From assembly GCA_013265495.1 (NCBI GenBank), contig MU057887.1:3135576-3195575 (forward strand): 60,000 nucleotides of DNA, read 5' to 3'. Positions within the stretch are counted from its first letter, which is position 1. Each line of letters begins with the position of its first letter. Shown one piece after another: positions 33,141 to 46,102 of this stretch. Below the pieces are notes generated by a model. That model saw nothing but the letters and a program-made list of their open reading frames with translations, was not told the origin of the DNA and ran no database searches. The stretch comes from Vicugna vicugna. Lineage: Eukaryota. Made by a program: the position numbers and the translations under genes.

Positions 33141-36100
33141 GTTCACTTTCTGTGAGATTTTTGCTGACTCGAGGGGCTGGGACACAGAAATGGGGCCTCG
33201 GCCTCATGGACCTCGCGGCTGGGCGCTTGGGAGGGGCTCGTGGTCTGTGCTGGACCAGGGAGCGGGTGCTGTGTTCTGTCCCCACAGTGGGCATCACCAT
33301 CCTGCCGGCTCCAGGGGAGAGGGCTGTGTTTGCCCCCTGCCCCGTCTCCCCCAGTACGGCTCTGCCCCCAGCGTCAGGTGCTTTTTCACTCCTGTGACTT
33401 TAAACCATGTCTCCACACCTGGCCAGTTTCTCTCCTGGGGTCACGTTGGGGAGACCCAGCCCTCCTGGCCCCGCTGGGCTTCTAGTCTGCACCTCAGGGC
33501 CCAGGAGGCACACCTGCTGCTCACGAGCCATGAGTGAGTCAGCAAACACACTGCTCTGTGCATGGGGACCACGCGCCATCACTCCGGCCGCCCTGCCCTG
33601 CGCAGCCCGCACCCCTGGCAGGTGACTGCGGAGCTCGCCTCCGCTGGGCCCGTGGGGAGGAGGGCATGCCTGAGTCAGGGACCAGATGTCAGGCGGGTGC
33701 GCGGACAGAGGAAAAGGGCTCCAGCCCTCTGCCCCAGCCCCCCAACCCGAGCCCCAGCCGTGGACCCTGGGTGCCCGGACAGCATCTGTGCGCGGCGGTC
33801 CGGGCCCCTCAGATGCTTTCTGTGCTCGTCTGGGGCAGAGTGAGGGTCCACAAGGGGGGTGCCAGGGCACGTGATCCTGCTGGGGAGGATTCTGAGCACT
33901 CTCGGGGGGCAGCGTAAAGCAACCCCACTTCTCAGAGGCACCAGCCAGGGCTGGAGACCCTCCTGCACTGAGGAACCTCGCAGACCAGTACAGAATACGT
34001 CATGTTCCATTATCCTGTGAAAAACAGCCAGAGGTTCCTCACAGTTCAACACCCCCGTTAGCTGGTAATTCAGCGCGGGTTCTCATCTAATGTGACTATA
34101 TTTTATACAAATTATTTCGGACAAAAACTCAGTCCCTAATAGCATTGATCTTCATAAAATCGTCACCGAGCAACTTGTCTCGGGCCCGCGCTGCCCTCGC
34201 GGCTGCAAATCAAAGAGGAGGGTGGGCTGCAGATGACCCTGTGGCCCGGAGCCCAGGCGGCCTCCCCGCCTCATCGGGAGGAACCTGCGAGCCCCAGGGA
34301 ACCCACGTCCAGCGAGGACACGGCGGCCGTTCTGCTGGGTGGGGCGGGCGGGCGGGCCCCCGCGGGTGGCTCAGCCCTCCGCGCACTGTTTGGGACCATC
34401 TGGTTCCCAGGACCCTCCGGGGATGGACCGACGGCCTTCTGGGAAGGCCGGTGGACTTGTGAGCGCGGCTGGCGGGCACCCGCAGGCACCTGATGGAAGA
34501 TTTATCGCGACTCTGCGGCTCGGCACGGCCACTGCCCTAATGCGTTACCAGGCTTGTTGAAATATCAATTTTGCACATGGCTTCACTCGGCTGCCTGCGG
34601 CCCTGCTCAGGACTATTACTTAATTCTTCTGTCATTAAGAAATCCAATCTCTGATTCCAGTGGAGTTGGACGGGGCGGGGGGAGGCGCAGGCTAACAGAC
34701 CTCGATCTACCCGCTAATTGTCACTCAAACCGAGTGAAGTGCAAAAGGAATCAAGTAAGTCCCAGAGAAGCTGCGCTGGAGGAAGAGCCAGGGCAGGTTT
34801 GGGGTCAGGGCGGCCATCTTCCCTCGGCCTTGAAGGCTCCCTTCCCAAACCCCGACGGAGAAGTGCAGCTTCACGGGGCTGATTCCCAAGCACCCCTCAC
34901 CCCTGCGCGGGACGGCGCGGCTCTGCCAGCAGAGCGGCCCTGGGGGACCCTGCTGTCCTTTCCGCTTTGGCGGCTCACCCCCACCCCTCTGCATCCCCAG
35001 CTCGGTGGCAGGGTCACTCAGGGCCCCTTCCCGCTGTCCAAGCTCCTCTCCCTCCTCCCTCTGCCCAGGATGCCCTTGGAGTGACAGATGACTTTGTCAA
35101 GTTCCACCCCCCTCCTCCCCCAGGGAGGTCTGTTGACAAGTTTTCTATATCACAAGCCCCTTTGTAATTGAGGACATTAATTTATTTCTCCATCCTGTTA
35201 GCTCCATGCTAAGCAGGTCCCAGTCCTTACCCTTCGAAGTTCGTGTTTGCCAACCATTAATCACTTCCATCTCCCTCCCGAGCCCTTTCCAATAAAAGGA
35301 TTCGTCTGGAGCACCTGGAGGACTTGCCCACCATCACATCAACGTCTATTCACGGCCAAATGAAACAAGGGCAGGCTTTTTTAAAGAATCACTCGCAGCC
35401 TAAATGACCGTAAACAACCAATTTTCTCCGCCATCCAGCCTGGAGCTCCCACCACCCCTCACAGGGCCGGCCGCGGTGGCTCCTCACACCCGAGCTCTTT
35501 GTTCCCTGCTGCTGCGCGGAGCAGTTTGGCCCACGTCCAAGCCTCGTACCTGTTTTGGCTCCAGCTGAAAGTTCCCATTTATATTGTGGGTAGTTTTGAG
35601 TAAATGCACCTAAGACGAGGAGGGGGAGGCGGGCCGGCTGGCACGAAGGCAGAGGGCTGGCCCATGTCCCCTCTGGGGAACCAGCCTTTCATCATCGGGG
35701 TCTCCATAAACCCTGAGGCACCAGCTCCCTGGACATGCGCTCAGGGCCTCGACAAGCTGCTCTTTCCCAAGTAAGATGTGCGCCCAGGGCTTCAGCGTCA
35801 CGCAGAGTCACTGGGGAGGGGGCGCCAACATGAAGCGCTTTGCAGCCGGAGAAGACAGCAAGGTGAGCTTGGATCCTCGCCCTCAGGCTCCAGAGGTTGG
35901 GAGGCGGGGGTGATGCATGGCATGCACAATATCTCTGCCTGTTTGCAGAGTCCAGAGGTCTGGAAAAGATATGAAAAAAACTGTGTACTGAGATTTTTAT
36001 CAATTGCTGTTGGCGAGGTCAAGAAAATAGGCAAGAATAATTGAAACCCATTTAACTTTGGTTATGGTGAAAGTCACCGGGACACGGAAGGCCAGTACGG

Positions 36101-36154
36101 GAAATGCTGGCAATGTGACTGGCCTTCATTCATTCCTCTGGCTATCGTCCTTGC

Positions 36155-36575
36155 TTCATCCATCCATCCATCATCCATCATCCATCCATCCATCATCCAT
36201 CCATTCACCCACCATCATCCATCATCCATCCATCATCTATCCACCATCTGTCCATCCACCCATCCATCATCCATCCATCCATCCATCCACCCATTCACCC
36301 ATCCATCATCTATCCATCATCTGTCCATCCATTCATCCATCCATCATCCATCCATCCATCCAACCATTCACCCGTCCTTCTATCCACCATCCATCCTTCC
36401 ACCCATTCACCCGTCCTGCTATCCATCATCTACCCATCCATCCAATCACCCACCCATCATCTATCCATCTAGGCACTTGTCCACCCATCATCCATTAATC
36501 CACCCATTCAAGACTCCTTCCTCCCTTTCTTTCTTCCTTCTTTCCTTCCTTCCCTCTTCTCTTCCTTTCTTCCCC
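36155..36575. repeat. (CCAT)n-type microsatellite followed by (CCTT)n polypyrimidine tract
   Basis: Direct inspection. Confidence 0.95.
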
Positions 36576-37039
36576 CTGGTGTCTTCTCACCTCCTGGGTG
36601 GGTGGGTGGGTGGGGCTGGTCTTTGGGTGTGCTTTAGATCTCCCCAACTTTCTCTGGACCTCACAGTCCCAGTGGCTCGCACCTGAGGGCTTGGGCACCA
36701 GGAGGGGCCGGCCATCTGCTGCCTTTCCCCGTTCCTACTCCTGTCCAGGCTGTGGAGCTCTCCGGGGTGCTGAATTGGATTCGCTGGGACTGGTTAAGAA
36801 CTCTCTGGGAGAGAAGATGGTGGCTGGGACCCCGCTGACAGTTGGGGGAGGAAGGAGGGGATGAACCTCCAGAGATCTTATAGAAGGGGGCATCCATCAG
36901 GACCTGGATGAGTGGACTCGGTAGCAGCAGAGAGAGGGATCCGAGTGAGGCTCCGGTGCTGGACTTGGAAGAATGGTGGCTGTGGTGGGCTGGGATGGGA
37001 AGAGAAGAATGGTTGATTTCATGACACAAGTGACTGATT

Positions 37040-37140
37040 CTCTTTGGACTGTGAGTTCACGAGATCAGGGACTGTGTCCGTCTTGCTTCCAGTGTATTCC
37101 GACGCTGGCACAAATGACAAGAGATACCATTTGAAATGAG
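37040..37140 (+). mobile_element. L2 3' end
   Basis: gactgtgagttcacgagatcagggactgtgtccgtcttgcttccagtgtattcc...ctggcaca. Confidence 0.7.
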
Positions 37141-37484
37141 GAAACACAGCTGGGTTTGCACTGAAGCTGGGACTCAGTGCAGCTGTGTGTGGCAGGTGAC
37201 AGCTTCCACCCAGGCTCACAGATGAGGCCCTTCTGCCAGCAGCTACATCAGAAGCTCTCCCATCCACCCACACCTCCAGGCTGGGACATGGTCCCATGTG
37301 CCCCTCCTTGAAGCCCGAGGTCAGTCACCTGCAGATTCCTGGTGAGAGGTGTGTCCCTTTTCTTCAGAACACCCCAGAATCAACTTCCATCCTCTCCACT
37401 CCTGACGGTCACGCCAACTGTGTGGACACACAAGTTCTACGGGCAGAGGCACTCCCGTCCTGGAGTCTTAGTTTCATTGCCTAG

Positions 37485-37630
37485 TACTCCGAGCCTGGGT
37501 TTCTGTACCTGAAATTCAGGAAGAGTCATAACTGCTTCGCAAGGTAGCCATGGGGATGGATGCAGTGATGCGCTGTGTGTACCATGCCTGGCACCGTATG
37601 TGGCTGAGCCAGGACTCGAAATGCTCATGC
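37485..37630 (+). mobile_element. MIR SINE fragment
   Basis: gagcctgggtttctgtacctgaaattcagg...ccatgcctggcaccg follows the MIR core and tail. Confidence 0.55.
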
Positions 37631-39759
37631 TGTTTCTGTCTTTGGGAACCTCCCTGTGTCCCCCCACCCCTGGGACAGTGTGTCTTGTGTGTGGAATACC
37701 CAGGAGATGCTGCTTTGAGGAACCAGCTCATCCCCTTACCTTGTGGATTGGTGACTGTGGGTCTCCATGTGCTTCTGTCCCCCGACAGATGGGGAACATC
37801 ACAGGGTGGGCCCTGTGGGTCTCCACCTGCCATGGAACCTTCCATGTTAATTGGGGGGATGCAAAAGGGCCAGGCTATGGGGACTCAGGGTTAGCAGGGG
37901 CACTGGGGGACAAGACTAGGGCAGGAGTTGGGTGGTTGGGGATTGACTATAGGAGGAGATGCCCCAGTGTCCTGTGTTGTCCCATTTTGTCACTGTGCCA
38001 GTTAAGCACCATGGTGATCTGACAAGAGAGGTCTTCGTCTGCACAGACAAGGACCTGGGGTCGCAGGGGTTGGGCAGCCTCCCCAGACTGTCTGTCCTCA
38101 GGGGTCACTACAAGGGGCTGAGACCAGGACCATCTGGCCCAGAGCCCAGCTAGGTCTCCAGATGGCCAAGGGTGTCTGGTTTCCTCAGGAAGGTGGTCCC
38201 CCACAGCATCCTCCCAGGAAGGACCAGCAGGACCTCACCCACTGTGGCTGCCAGGGGCTCCCCCCTCACCTGCGCTCTGGGGGCATCGTCTGGCAGACGC
38301 TCAGCTGTGAGAGCGGCCGGCACACAGATCCCTTTTCCCAAATCAGAAACCACCAGGTTGGCCATCAAGGCACACTGGCTCCCAGCTGGTGGGAGATGGA
38401 CACCTCCGGACTTGCTGGAATTTCAAGTGTGAGCCGAGCCAGGGTGGGTCGGCCACGCCAGAGGTCAGAGGCCCGGGGCTGCATTTCAGCAGGTAAAGAC
38501 GGGGCTTCTGAATAGTAGAACACAGCCTTACATTCTGTATTTAATGTATCTGCAACACGGGGGGGCAGGGATCAGATGGCAGTGCCGCCCGGGTCCCTGA
38601 TGCAGCGGCCAGATCTGCCCTGGCGAGTGCCGGTCTCATCAGATCCGTCTGTTGAAGAATTTCACTGTACAGTGCAGCTGCAGCCCCACTGAATTAGCTG
38701 TCCCACCTCTATACTCCGACCTTTCTGTTTGAAAAAGAAAAAAAAAGGAAAAGATGAAACGGTGTTTCTTTCCCCACTGATTTTGGTTTAACTGAGATGT
38801 AACACTTCCGCCACCTTCCTGGCTGTGAGAGCACTGTGCTCATGAGGACCTCTCAGGTGCCAGGTGCCAGGTGTGCCATCACAGCCCCCCTCAACCCTTC
38901 TCTGCCCAGGAGCTCAGCGGCCCCTCATTTTTCTGCCCCATTGTGGCTGGGGTACACAGGGGTTTCGGGGGAGATGGGTGCCCTGCTGGTCCTGGTCCAG
39001 GTTATTTCCACGGACTGGGTAGCTGCTGGACAGTGATGTTAGTCACTGTGGCCCTGACACATGGGGTTGGCCAACATGCCTCGGGCTCCCGTTCTCTTGG
39101 ACCCTGACCCTCCAGGGGGTATAGGTCACCTGCCTGGGAGCCAGAGGCATAAGAAGGACTCTCTCACTCCCCTGCGAGCCCCCCAGAATGGAGAAAGAGC
39201 ACAGGGCACCGCTCCCCAAGAATAAGACCCTAACCTCTGGCCAGGTTTCCAAGGTCCCAGGGGACCCAGCCCACACGGACCCAGCAGACCGCCCTCCCTC
39301 TACCCCCGAGCTGCGCCCACCCATGTGGGGCCCCAGCATTTCCCTTCCCCCCACCAGAGCATGTTGCGAGGGGGCTGCCCCTGGCTTGGTCGTCCCTCTG
39401 CATGGACATCCCATCTCAGAGGTGTCCTCCTGCCCCCGCCCCGGCCCCTCACTCACTCACTGGCTTTGTCCCCTCATCACTGTCTGAAATCTTTCTGGTG
39501 GTAAAAGCTTTGTTTTCCTTTGTTCATCAGGCATCTCTCACCGCTAAGCCCCGCAGAGGCCGAGCCCAGACTCATGTCTGTGGCTTTATCCCATCCGGGA
39601 GAGCACCTGGTGCGGGGTCGTGAGCAGCAGTTACTTGTGACAGGTTCCAGCTGTGAGATTCCAGTACGCCCATGAGGAAGGCATCCTTGGTCCGCAGAGC
39701 CACAAACAGCCGTAAACTTCCAACACATCCTCCTGCCAGCCCACAGGGCTCTTTGCGGA

Positions 39760-41078
39760 GCTCGAAAGGGCATGTACAGCAGTGAGGAAAAGTCTACACG
39801 TGATTCCAAAGTGCAGATGACCCACCTTCAGGAGGGGAGCATGAGTCCCACTCTGTAAGGGGGGGGGGGCTGCGTGCGGAGTCTTTCTCCCAAAATGCAG
39901 CATGGAAAAGGCCAAGAGGGACCGTACAGTGGAGACGCTGGCAGACACACCTCAGGCAGGTACAGGGTCAACATGGCAGTGGTCAGTCCTGGTGAGCACG
40001 TCCTCGATAAGGTGTCATAATAAAGGCACTGTGCGGTCACTTCCCCAAACCCCACACCAGTCTAATCATGAGACAAACACCAGACAAGTCACGACCTAGG
40101 GACAGTCCATAGAACACCTGCCCAGGGCTCCTCAACGAGCCAAGGTCACCAAACCGACACTGGGGAAGTGTCACAGCCCAGAGGAGCCCAAGGAGGTGGG
40201 ACGACCACATGTGATGTGGTCCTGGATGGCGCCCTGGGACAGAGAAAGGACACTGGGGAAGCACTGAATGAAACCAAGTGAGTAGGACCCTCGGGGGCTT
40301 TCCCGGGGACAGAGCCCTCCCCACCTCGTCCCACCTCTTGTTTGCAGAAAAGCTTCAGCCTCCTGGGTCTTCCCTCAGCTCCAAAGAGCACCTCTCATCA
40401 GAGGCATGAGAAAACGCAGAAGCCAAGGAAAACAGTCAAACAAGACAAAATAATTACAGTTCAACGTAAAACAAAGTCAGGCACCTCTAGTTCTGCCTCA
40501 GGGGCTAGACATCATACTCAGCCACGTGCTTGAGTGCTCTGCAGACGCTAAGCCCCACCCCTGGGTGCTGAGAACCAGCACGCAGACCCCAGACTGGCTG
40601 GGACCAGAAGGCTGGTGATTGAGACTCCCCAGACGTCACCCCGTCACCTCACCACCCGCCAATCAGGGAGCTGTGCACGAGCTGACCACACACCCTGGGA
40701 CCCGCTCCCTCACACGGTCCTTAAGGACCCCTCCCTGAAAGCCATCAGGGAGCTCGAGTCTTTTGAGCGTGAGCTGCCCGTTCTCCTTGCTTGGTGCCCT
40801 GCAAGAAACTCTGTACTTTCCTTCACCCCAGCCAGGGGTCGGTAGGCTGGCTTTGCTGTGTGAGTGGACCCAAGTCTGGTTTGGTAACACAAGTAACATA
40901 TGGGCTTATTTAGTCAATAATAAGGTATAAATCTCATTCATTAATTGTAACAAATGCACCATAATAAAGCAACATTTTAGTAACAGGGGAAATTAGGTGG
41001 GGGCACATGAGAACTCTGTACTTTCACAATTTTTCCTGTAAACCTAAAACTGTTTAAAAATAAAACGTTCATTTTAAA
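39760..41078 (+). mobile_element. L1MC-like 3' UTR split by an LTR insertion (parts ~39760-40278 and ~40894-41078)
   Basis: acagtggagacgctggcagacacacctcagg...agtctaatcatgagacaaacaccagacaa...gtcacagcccagaggagcccaagg...gggacagagaaaggacactgg, resuming after the LTR with taattgtaacaaatgcacca...gagaactctgtactttcac...tgtaaacctaaaactg...aaataaa. Confidence 0.85.
40279..40889 (+). mobile_element. ERV1-class (MER41-like) solo LTR with 4-bp TSD
   Basis: TG...CA termini (tgagtagg...ggtaaca), flanking direct repeat caag at 40275-40278 and 40890-40893, CCAAT box near 40659. Confidence 0.88.
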
Positions 41079-42771
41079 ATGTCTATGCTCAGATATGTTT
41101 ACTGAAATGTCACTCATGGTGATGGGGTGGCTCTGTCCCGTAGGAGACATCCAAGCAATGAAACACTACGCAGCCTGGAAAAGCACTGTCAGAAGCTCAG
41201 TTACATCCAAAGAGCTCAGATTTTACCTTTAACTGGAAAATGGAATTAAAATCTATAAAGAGATCATTACAACTGCACAAAAATACTGAGTCAAGAAAAA
41301 CGGAGGGGGGAGGCATCCCAGCAAGCGCCCAGCTCTCTTTCCTGGAGGGGGCGGGCTCCCCGGGGACCAGCGTGGCTTTGCTGAGAAGTGAGCGCACACA
41401 CGGCGCGGCGGGGAGCGCGGGGCCAGCTGGGGCGGAGCTCACGCCAGCCTCCGGAGCAGGGCTCATTGCAGGGGCATGAGGCCGATGTGGCGTCTTGGAC
41501 CTGAGCCACAGGAGCCCCTGCGTTTATCACCCCCTGACGCTGTAAATCCTCCCGCCTAGTTTTGCCAAACACACCTTGCTGCACATGCTCAGGACAGAGA
41601 GTGAACTTGCACGTCCAGGCCTGGGGACGGGCTTGGGCCTCGGCCCGGTCCAGGTGGCGCCGGCTTCGGGGCTCTGCCCAGAGAGGGTGGCGGAGCCCCC
41701 GCGCCCACAACAGGCTGCGTGCGCTGGTCCCATTACAGGACACCAGCCTGTTCTGCTCTGGAGATTAGAAATTTCCAGAGTAAATCCAGGTCTTGTCTGA
41801 CACGACGTTTTGGAAGCAAGAGCTGAGGAACGTGTGTGCTCCGTGGGAACAGGATAACATGTCGCAGAGCCGCGGTCGTTCCCGGCCCTCCCCTCACCGC
41901 TCCCTGCCCTCAGGGACACGTGTCCTCAGAGCTGCCACCTCCCAGAAACAAGCTGGAGGAGGGGGAGGCGGGTGGGCAGGGCGAGGCCATCGCAGGGAGC
42001 CCACGTGGACGTCTCCGAGGGCAGGAAGAGGGCTCCGCCTCCTGGCCGCTCTGTCCCTCCTCCGCCGAGGCCGGGATGGGCGCAGAACCCCTGACACCAG
42101 GTGACCCGCGGTCACTCCCCTCCTGTGAGCCGCACGCAGGGCCCTTAGGGCTGCCCAGCTGGTGGTGGTCCACGGAGTGAGGATCCAGATTCTGAACAGA
42201 GATGTTGCCGAGTGAGTCGGACTCCGGGCCCCCTGACGTGCAGACAGCCCAGGGGTTGGGAGCCCAGGGCACCTGGGAGGACGGTCGGCGCATTTTCAGA
42301 TGAGGAGGCTGAAGGCAGGTGTGTGCAGGGCTGCAGGCGGGCACAGGACCCCACCCCCCATGGTTATAGCAGTTTCTTCCACAACAAACGAGGACAGACA
42401 CTCTGGCGTCCCTCCTGCTTGCACACGAGGGGCAGAGTGACGAGGTGGACGCGGCGGAGGGCTCAACAAGCGTCCAGGGCCCACCCCACCCGCACGCAGA
42501 GGACGGGGATAAAGCCTGAGGCTTCCAGAAGCGGGAGGTGAGTGAAAGTGGAAACTCAGGTGGGGGAGCAGCAGGAACAGAGTGGAGGGGGTGGGGCCCA
42601 CTGCCGGCTCTGCAGCCGCCAGGCCTAGGCGGGGAGGGACCCAGGCCGAGGACCCCAGCTCTGCCCAGGGAGCGCTGAGTCACTTAGTCACCAGGTCCCG
42701 AACTTTCAGTTCTCAATAACCACAAATTCCTGGTCATCGTCCACCCCGCCCAGCCCCTCCCCCAGACCCCG

Positions 42772-43026
42772 NNNNNNNNNNNNNNNNNNNNNNNNNNNNN
42801 NNNNNNNNNNNNNNNNNNNNNNNNNNNNNNNNNNNNNNNNNNNNNNNNNNNNNNNNNNNNNNNNNNNNNNNNNNNNNNNNNNNNNNNNNNNNNNNNNNNN
42901 NNNNNNNNNNNNNNNNNNNNNNNNNNNNNNNNNNNNNNNNNNNNNNNNNNNNNNNNNNNNNNNNNNNNNNNNNNNNNNNNNNNNNNNNNNNNNNNNNNNN
43001 NNNNNNNNNNNNNNNNNNNNNNNNNN
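42772..43026. other. Assembly gap (N run)
   Basis: Run of N. Confidence 1.
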
Positions 43027-43479
43027 CCCCAGACCCCGGCCCTGCCCTGCGCCCGGGTGCTCTGCATCTGCGCCTTTAGGGTGGGCATATCCCAACCCCA
43101 AACCCTCCAAGGCTCCACTTGGGGAGAAGTTAAAATCGCCATCGGAAGCTGTAGGGTCCGGCTTGGTCTGATCCAGCTCCACCCGCCCCACCGCGGGGCC
43201 AGCATCACGTCCTGCACTGGGCCCGTCCGGATGTCCCAATGGAGGCACTGAGAGCGGGGTGACAGGGAGAAAAGGAGAGAGAGGGTGAAGGGGAGGTGGG
43301 AGGGCGGAGCGTGGGGGGTCCGATGGTGGGGGAGGAGCAAGACACACTGTCCTCAGGGGGCAGAGCGTCCACAGGCTCTGGCGGTCCGTTCCGAAAGGGC
43401 CCAAGAGGGTGGCTGGGGAGTAAGTAGTCGTGCTGCTCCGTGGTGAGGACAGGGCCCTGGGCGCAGGCGCTCAGCCCAG

Positions 43480-43760
43480 CTGCTCCTCGCCTTCCCCTCC
43501 AGCTCCAGCCGCCCGCGTCCCTCTGTCCCTTGTCGCCTTTCCAGTCTGTGCTGTGGGTGGTCACTGGATTGTTCTTAAAACCCTGCTCTGTTCAAAGCCT
43601 TCTGGCGACAGCCCCCTGTCCTGCGGGGGTGACGTCCACATTCTCAGCCTGTTCCTCCACCTTCAGGCCCAGCTGGTTCCCTCATGACAGCCAGACCCCA
43701 ACGTCCTATGTGGGATTACAAAACTCCCCAGAGCCAGGACACAGGGTCCTGCGTTACAGG
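43480..43760 (+). mobile_element. Probable L2 fragment leading into the GGAT tract
   Basis: ccctgctctgttcaaagccttctggcgac...gtccacattctcagcctg resembles L2 3' region. Confidence 0.45.
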
Positions 43761-43789
43761 CACACGGAGGGAGAGAGAGAGAGAAGCGG

Positions 43790-44170
43790 AGGGATGGATG
43801 GATGGGTAGATGGATGGATGAATGGATGGATGGATGGATGGGTGGGTGGATGGATGGATGAATGGATGGATGGATGGATGGATGGGTGGATGGATGGATG
43901 GGTGGATGGATGTATGGGTGGATGGAGGGGTGGATGGGTGGATGGATGGAAAAAAAAAATGGGTGGATGATGAGTGGATGGATGGATGGATGGGTGGGTG
44001 GATGGATGGATGGATGGATGGATGGATGGATGGATGGATGGAGGGTATGTGAAGACAGGAAGAAGGGAGGGAAGGGAGGGAAGGGAGGAGGGGAGGGGGG
44101 TTGAGTACAGGCTAGATAGATGGTAGAGACAGACAGACAGACAGACAGGTGGATAGGCAGGTAGATGGTA
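43790..44170. repeat. (GGAT)n microsatellite followed by (GGAA/GGGA)n and (GACA)n
   Basis: Direct inspection. Confidence 0.95.
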
Positions 44171-46102
44171 GACACATCTCTACTTATAGCCGTGGCTGCA
44201 TCTTCACACGTGTGTATGTGTGTATGTGTCTGTGTATAACGTGTCTTTCAACATTTGAGGACTATGAGTAAACATTTGTATTTCTCCTTGTTAAATCCTT
44301 CAAAATTTGCTTTGCATTAAAAAACCAGAAAGTTTTTTAGGGCAAAGGACAGGACAGAGCACAGCCTCACACTAATCTTGAGAAAACATGTGGGGTGAAG
44401 GGAGTACTGCAGACCCACCAAACCCACGCACCGGCCTGAGCCTTCCAAGGAGGGGCCCCCACACCGTCTCAGCTCTGACCCCCGCCCTGGGAGCTCGGCC
44501 CGTGGGTTCCGGCTGACTCTCCAGGATTCCACGAAGCGTCTTCCCGCCCATTCCCCTTCCCTCAGCAGAAGGCTGTCAGGAACGCGGCAGTGAAGTGGTG
44601 ACTCGTCTGGGACTGTCCCCCGCGCCTGGCGGCCCCTCCTGCGTCTGACAGCTGAGCACATGGCCAGACAGCACACACCACTAAAAATAATTTAATTTCG
44701 TCTTCCTGGGACATTTCAGGAATGTGCTAACTTCCTTGGAATGGAGGCCACATGTCTAGTGTGTCGTGCTGCGTCTCCGTGAGAAAAAGCGGGGCCTCAG
44801 AAAGGGGGGCGTGCTGGCTTACACAGCATCTGCCCCCCAGGGAGGGCCCCTGTCCCACTGCACCCATTTCTGGGGAGCCCCACGTGACACCACGTGCCCA
44901 CCCGAAGCTCCCTTCTCCTGCTCCCTCTGGGTGGGGGTCCCGGCACAGAGACTCCCCAAAGGCAGGGGAGGAGACAGGGGCCAGGTCCTCCATCACTGCG
45001 CTGGGCCCTGACTTCGCAGACCGCCCCACCCCGCCTGTCCAGCCCTTGGTCCCGCCCTCCTCCTCCCAGCTCCACTGCCCTCCACCCTGTGCTGAGCCAG
45101 GATCCAGGGTCAGGGGCGTCCCAAGACCACCCCCACTCATCCAGGCTGCAAGCTCGGAGATTGGACCAGACTTTCTTCTCTCGGCCCCAACTTCTGATGG
45201 CTCAGATCAAACCAGGACCCTCGTAGGTGGAGGACAAGCTGGGGGTCGGCCTCGGAAAGACGGCCTCCCCTGGGAGGGAGGCCAGGCATATGCAGGCTCC
45301 GAGAGAGAAAGACGCTGCAGCCTCACTGAACACGCACAGACAGGGACTCAGCTCCCTCTGGGCCAGGCGGTCCATGAACCCACGCCAGCTGGCATCCTCC
45401 AAGCTCCTTTGTCCCTGAGCCCCATGTGGGCCTGGGCCCAGCTGGTCCCCGAGGTCAGGGAGCAGTTCCCCACTCGCCTCCCGGTGACAAAGCCCAGAGA
45501 GACTGTACCTTCCCATCAAGACAACAGCCTCTGCTCTGAGGGGCCGAAGTGTTTGGTTTCTGCCGGGACCCCGGGCAGGGGGCACGGGCTGGGGGGCCAC
45601 CAGCTAAGTGCTGATGGGGAGATGGGCCTCCTGTGGGCACTGGGGGTCACCACATCAGGGAAAGGACTCTGTTATGCTTCAGCTGCTTGGTAAATTATTT
45701 AAAAATTAGCCTTCCATTTCAAAAGTGGTCTGAAGTGATAAGCTCAGTGGGGGACGATGCCACCACATGTTTTCCTGTTAAAAACCCTGATGTTAAAAAA
45801 AGGAAAAGAAGCCGTCATATCTTTACAGAGAGCTGAAGTGGTCTGACCGGGTCTCTGGAGTAATCTGCTTAAAAGGTTTTCCATAATTTTGGACTTTCAT
45901 TTGCTATTCGTTTGAGTCACTTTGGAAGCTCAGCATGGTCTTGGGTTTGGGGATTTTATGAGTTTGCTTAATGCCCATCGTCTGAGCGTTTCCATCCATT
46001 AACTGGGCCAAGTCCAGGGGCCACAGTGGCCCATTAGCTACCCCCTACAGCTTCGTCGTGGCCGCAGGCGCTGCCCCCTCCCCCGCCTCCCCCCCCAACC
46101 CC

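Noticed and set aside
35664..35776. ATG-initiated short frame (MSPLGNQPFIIG...) ending at a gtaaga donor-like site
   Set aside because: No promoter context, homology or partner exons; expected by chance.
36058..36498. His/Pro/Ser/Ile-rich ORF, and MDGW-repeat ORFs at 43440-44175
   Set aside because: Translations of (CCAT)n/(GGAT)n microsatellites.
36155..44100. CCAT+CCTT block and GGAT+GGAA block as arms of an inverted duplication
   Set aside because: Sub-block order is wrong for a reverse complement and the flanks are unrelated. These are independent expansions, plausibly from L2 tails.
44752..45693. 313-aa ORF, the longest gap-free ORF
   Set aside because: Pro/Gly/Ser/Ala-rich low-information sequence with no recognisable domain; consistent with stop-codon scarcity at high GC.
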